From Azolla caroliniana (lineage: Eukaryota > Plantae > Polypodiophyta), in assembly GCA_043228905.1 (NCBI GenBank), contig JBHGNT010000010.1, positions 1,240,001 through 1,304,000 on the forward strand: a DNA stretch of 64,000 bases, read 5' to 3'. Shown here in pieces: positions 61,544 to 64,000 of this stretch (position 1 is the first letter of the stretch; every line of letters starts with the position of its first letter). The notes below the pieces were generated by a model that ran no database searches, was not told the origin of the DNA, and saw only the letters and a program-made list of their open reading frames with translations. The position numbers and the translations under genes are program-made.

Positions 61544-64000
61544 TGTCGAGATATTACGCAAGTGCGTGTGGAATCGAGGCGGGACCGCGGGGGTCTCGAA
61601 CCAAAGAGCAAGCGCGGGAGGGGAAAGGGAGAGAACCGGCTACGCAGGACCGGGGATACACAGGGACACGGCCCTTCAGCACGGAGAACGCGAACAGAGA
61701 CTGACACAGACATATGCGAATGACTTAATATGTATATTCAGAAAAATGGCTAACACTACTACAACCCACGATGGGGCACAGGTTGGTTACAACCGAACAG
61801 GCCGGCGAACAGATGCCGATGCCTGCTCGCTTCGACGCACAAAACGGGCAAAGGGGGGGGGGTAGCAGGTTGGAGGTGCTGCCGGAAGCACTCGGGCGTT
61901 CCTCGAAACAGCGCGAGCCTCCTCCGAACCCTGCACAGAAGCTGTGGAGCTCAAGAAGGAAGGAAACAGAGAGAGAGCGACGTCCAGAAACGGTCCGACA
62001 GCACTTCGTCCTCTCTGCGCGAGATCCTTGCAACAGCTCTTTCCCGCTCCTTATATAGGCTGACGAGCAGGCCGTCGCGTCAGCTTTTATTCCCTGTCCC
62101 TTTTGGACAGGGATCCGCTCCGTTTTTCACGCTTCCGCGTAGTTACGCCACCGGCTTGTACAGTTCGCGCGCGCGACCGAAAAGACTGTTCGCGCGGTCT
62201 TTGTCTCCACTTGAGTTAGGGCCCGTTCCTGCCGATTATCCTCCTAAGTCGTTTCTATGTACAACTTGGAGCGTGCGCGCGTGAAGAACCGGTTCCCACG
62301 CCTTGGTGCGCCGATTCCGCCTATGGACGGTTTTCTTCACGACATCCGCCCCCACCTAACCGCGCATCCTCCGGTATGCGCCAAGAGAGTTGGAACGGAG
62401 AAAACCGGCCCGTCTTCATTCCTCGCCCGTCGGTTCTTCCTCGTTTTCGGATCGTTCGTCACTGCTGTCTAGGAGAGCCGGGTCCGGCTCGTCGTCATGT
62501 CGCTTCTTGAACGCTTTGATCCGCTTCCCTGCAACCGGTATCGCCACTCTCGTGCCGTCAAGTTCCGCCAGGTGATATGTCCCGTTGTCATTGGCGCTCC
62601 GTACTACGTAAGGCCCGAACCACCTTTGTGCGAACTTCCGTGTAGCTCGGTGCTGGTTGTCGAGGCTGCTGTCGTAGACGAGCACCCAGTCACCTTCGTC
62701 GATTTTCTTCGGTCGTAGCCGGTGCGTTCGGTCGAACCGGGCTTTGTTCTTTGTCCTCGCCACCCGGAGCTTCTCCGTAGCCAGTGCCACGTCCTCCGGT
62801 CTCCGCTCGAGCTGTCGTATGCGTGCGGCCAACAACTCCTCCCGGCTCATCTCGTCCCTCCAGTCGACCGTTGCCCACGAGGAGATCGTCCGTTCAATCG
62901 GCATGATCGGCTTCTGGCCGAACATGAGCTCCGTCGGCATGTACCCGGTTACCGAACTGTGCGTGGTCCGGTCTGCCCACAAAGCATAAGGTAGCAGCCG
63001 CGGCCAGTCACCGACTCGGCCTCCGCATGCCCGAACCAACGCCTTGACGATCGGTCCGTGTCCGCGCTCCACCTTCCCATTCGCCTCCGGATTGTACGCA
63101 GTGGTGAGCGAGAGCTGGACTCCCAGCCGGTCGAACAGCTCCGCGGCTTCTTCGGCGTCCAACTCCCCTCGGTCAGCCACGATCTTCCCGACGCACCCGT
63201 ACCGGCATATCACGTCCTCGATTAGGAACCGGCATACGGCCGCGGTCGTTTTGTTTGGAAGGGCCCGGCCTTCCACCTGGTTCGTCAGATCCTCCCGCGC
63301 TAGGACCAGGTACCGCATCTGTCCTACCCCCATTGGCATCGTCACCAGATCTACCATCCATTTGAAGTGGATGGTCGGAGGGTACGTGGGGTGAAGCTCG
63401 TCCCGATGTCGGACTATGGAGTGCATCTGACAGCTCCCGCAAGTTGTCACGAACCGATGCACGTCCCGGTACTGCCCCGACCACCAATACTTCCCCTTTA
63501 GTTTCTCAAACGTAGCCCATGTTCCACGGTGTCCAGCCCAAGGGCTGTCGTGGTAGGCCGTCAGTAGCTCCTCCTGTTCTTCCTTCATTGCCACCACCCG
63601 GAGCGGAGCGCCGTCCCTCTTCTTCGGGTGTTTCCACAGATAGCCATCCCGGAGAAAGAACCGGTACGCTTTCTTCCGGATCCGGTTGGCCTCGTCCTTC
63701 GTCCATGACGCATCGGGCGTCATTGTTTTCAAAAACCCACCGATCTGCAGCCACTCCCCGTCGTACTTGCTCGCGTCGAAGTCGTTAAGCGCCGGAGTGC
63801 TTGTTCCGTCGGTTGTTACATACGCAGTCTCGAAGAAGTCCACGCCGACCTCTTCGTCCTCCGAAACCATGCCGCCCTCGTCATCGAATCTCGCCCTTGA
63901 AAGCATGTCGGCCATGGCGTTGTCTTTCCCGGAAATGTGTCGTATTACCGGGTCCAGGGACTTGATGTATGCTATCCACCTGAGCATTGCCAGGTCCGGC
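61544..64000 (-). mobile_element. Gypsy element 3' half (RNase H end, integrase, 3' LTR 61544-62344), continues beyond window
   Basis: 523-aa ORF 62416-63987 nearly identical to the 60138 ORF; same PPT and LTR termini. Confidence 0.95.
62416..63987 (-). CDS. Gypsy Pol C-terminal part (RNase H end plus integrase), partial
   Basis: NAMADMLSR, GHRG...C..C, DRGE, NGKVERGH, GPY; frame open to the window edge. Confidence 0.9.
   Translation of the reverse strand: MLRWIAYIKSLDPVIRHISGKDNAMADMLSRARFDDEGGMVSEDEEVGVDFFETAYVTTDGTSTPALNDFDASKYDGEWLQIGGFLKTMTPDASWTKDEANRIRKKAYRFFLRDGYLWKHPKKRDGAPLRVVAMKEEQEELLTAYHDSPWAGHRGTWATFEKLKGKYWWSGQYRDVHRFVTTCGSCQMHSIVRHRDELHPTYPPTIHFKWMVDLVTMPMGVGQMRYLVLAREDLTNQVEGRALPNKTTAAVCRFLIEDVICRYGCVGKIVADRGELDAEEAAELFDRLGVQLSLTTAYNPEANGKVERGHGPIVKALVRACGGRVGDWPRLLPYALWADRTTHSSVTGYMPTELMFGQKPIMPIERTISSWATVDWRDEMSREELLAARIRQLERRPEDVALATEKLRVARTKNKARFDRTHRLRPKKIDEGDWVLVYDSSLDNQHRATRKFAQRWFGPYVVRSANDNGTYHLAELDGTRVAIPVAGKRIKAFKKRHDDEPDPALLDSSDERSENEEEPTGEE

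Overview
Eukaryotic (land-plant, probably fern-like; this is inference from the CHS N-terminus and the retroelement lineages) genomic DNA dominated by nested, decayed retrotransposons. Two intact host genes are present: a two-exon chalcone synthase (35938-37325) and a three-exon arabinose-5-phosphate isomerase (KdsD/SETH3-like, 50170-52204). The rest comprises several Ty1/Copia elements (one full-length with both LTRs, 38163-43990), several Ty3/Gypsy elements and solo LTRs of a TGTCG...CGACA family primed by tRNA-Trp, RTE-like LINE remnants, a Mutator-like and a hAT-like non-autonomous DNA element with TSDs, tRNA-derived Pol III-type repeats, and a 104/208-bp satellite. The most striking patterns are: (1) four independent insertions of the TGTCG-LTR Gypsy family flanked by the same palindrome ACGT, with a 4-bp TSD; (2) antisense tRNA-like A/B-box modules inside two LTRs; (3) a Copia family whose Pol continues about 175 aa past a vestigial PPT to a second PPT. 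All coordinates were read by eye and may be off by a few bases.
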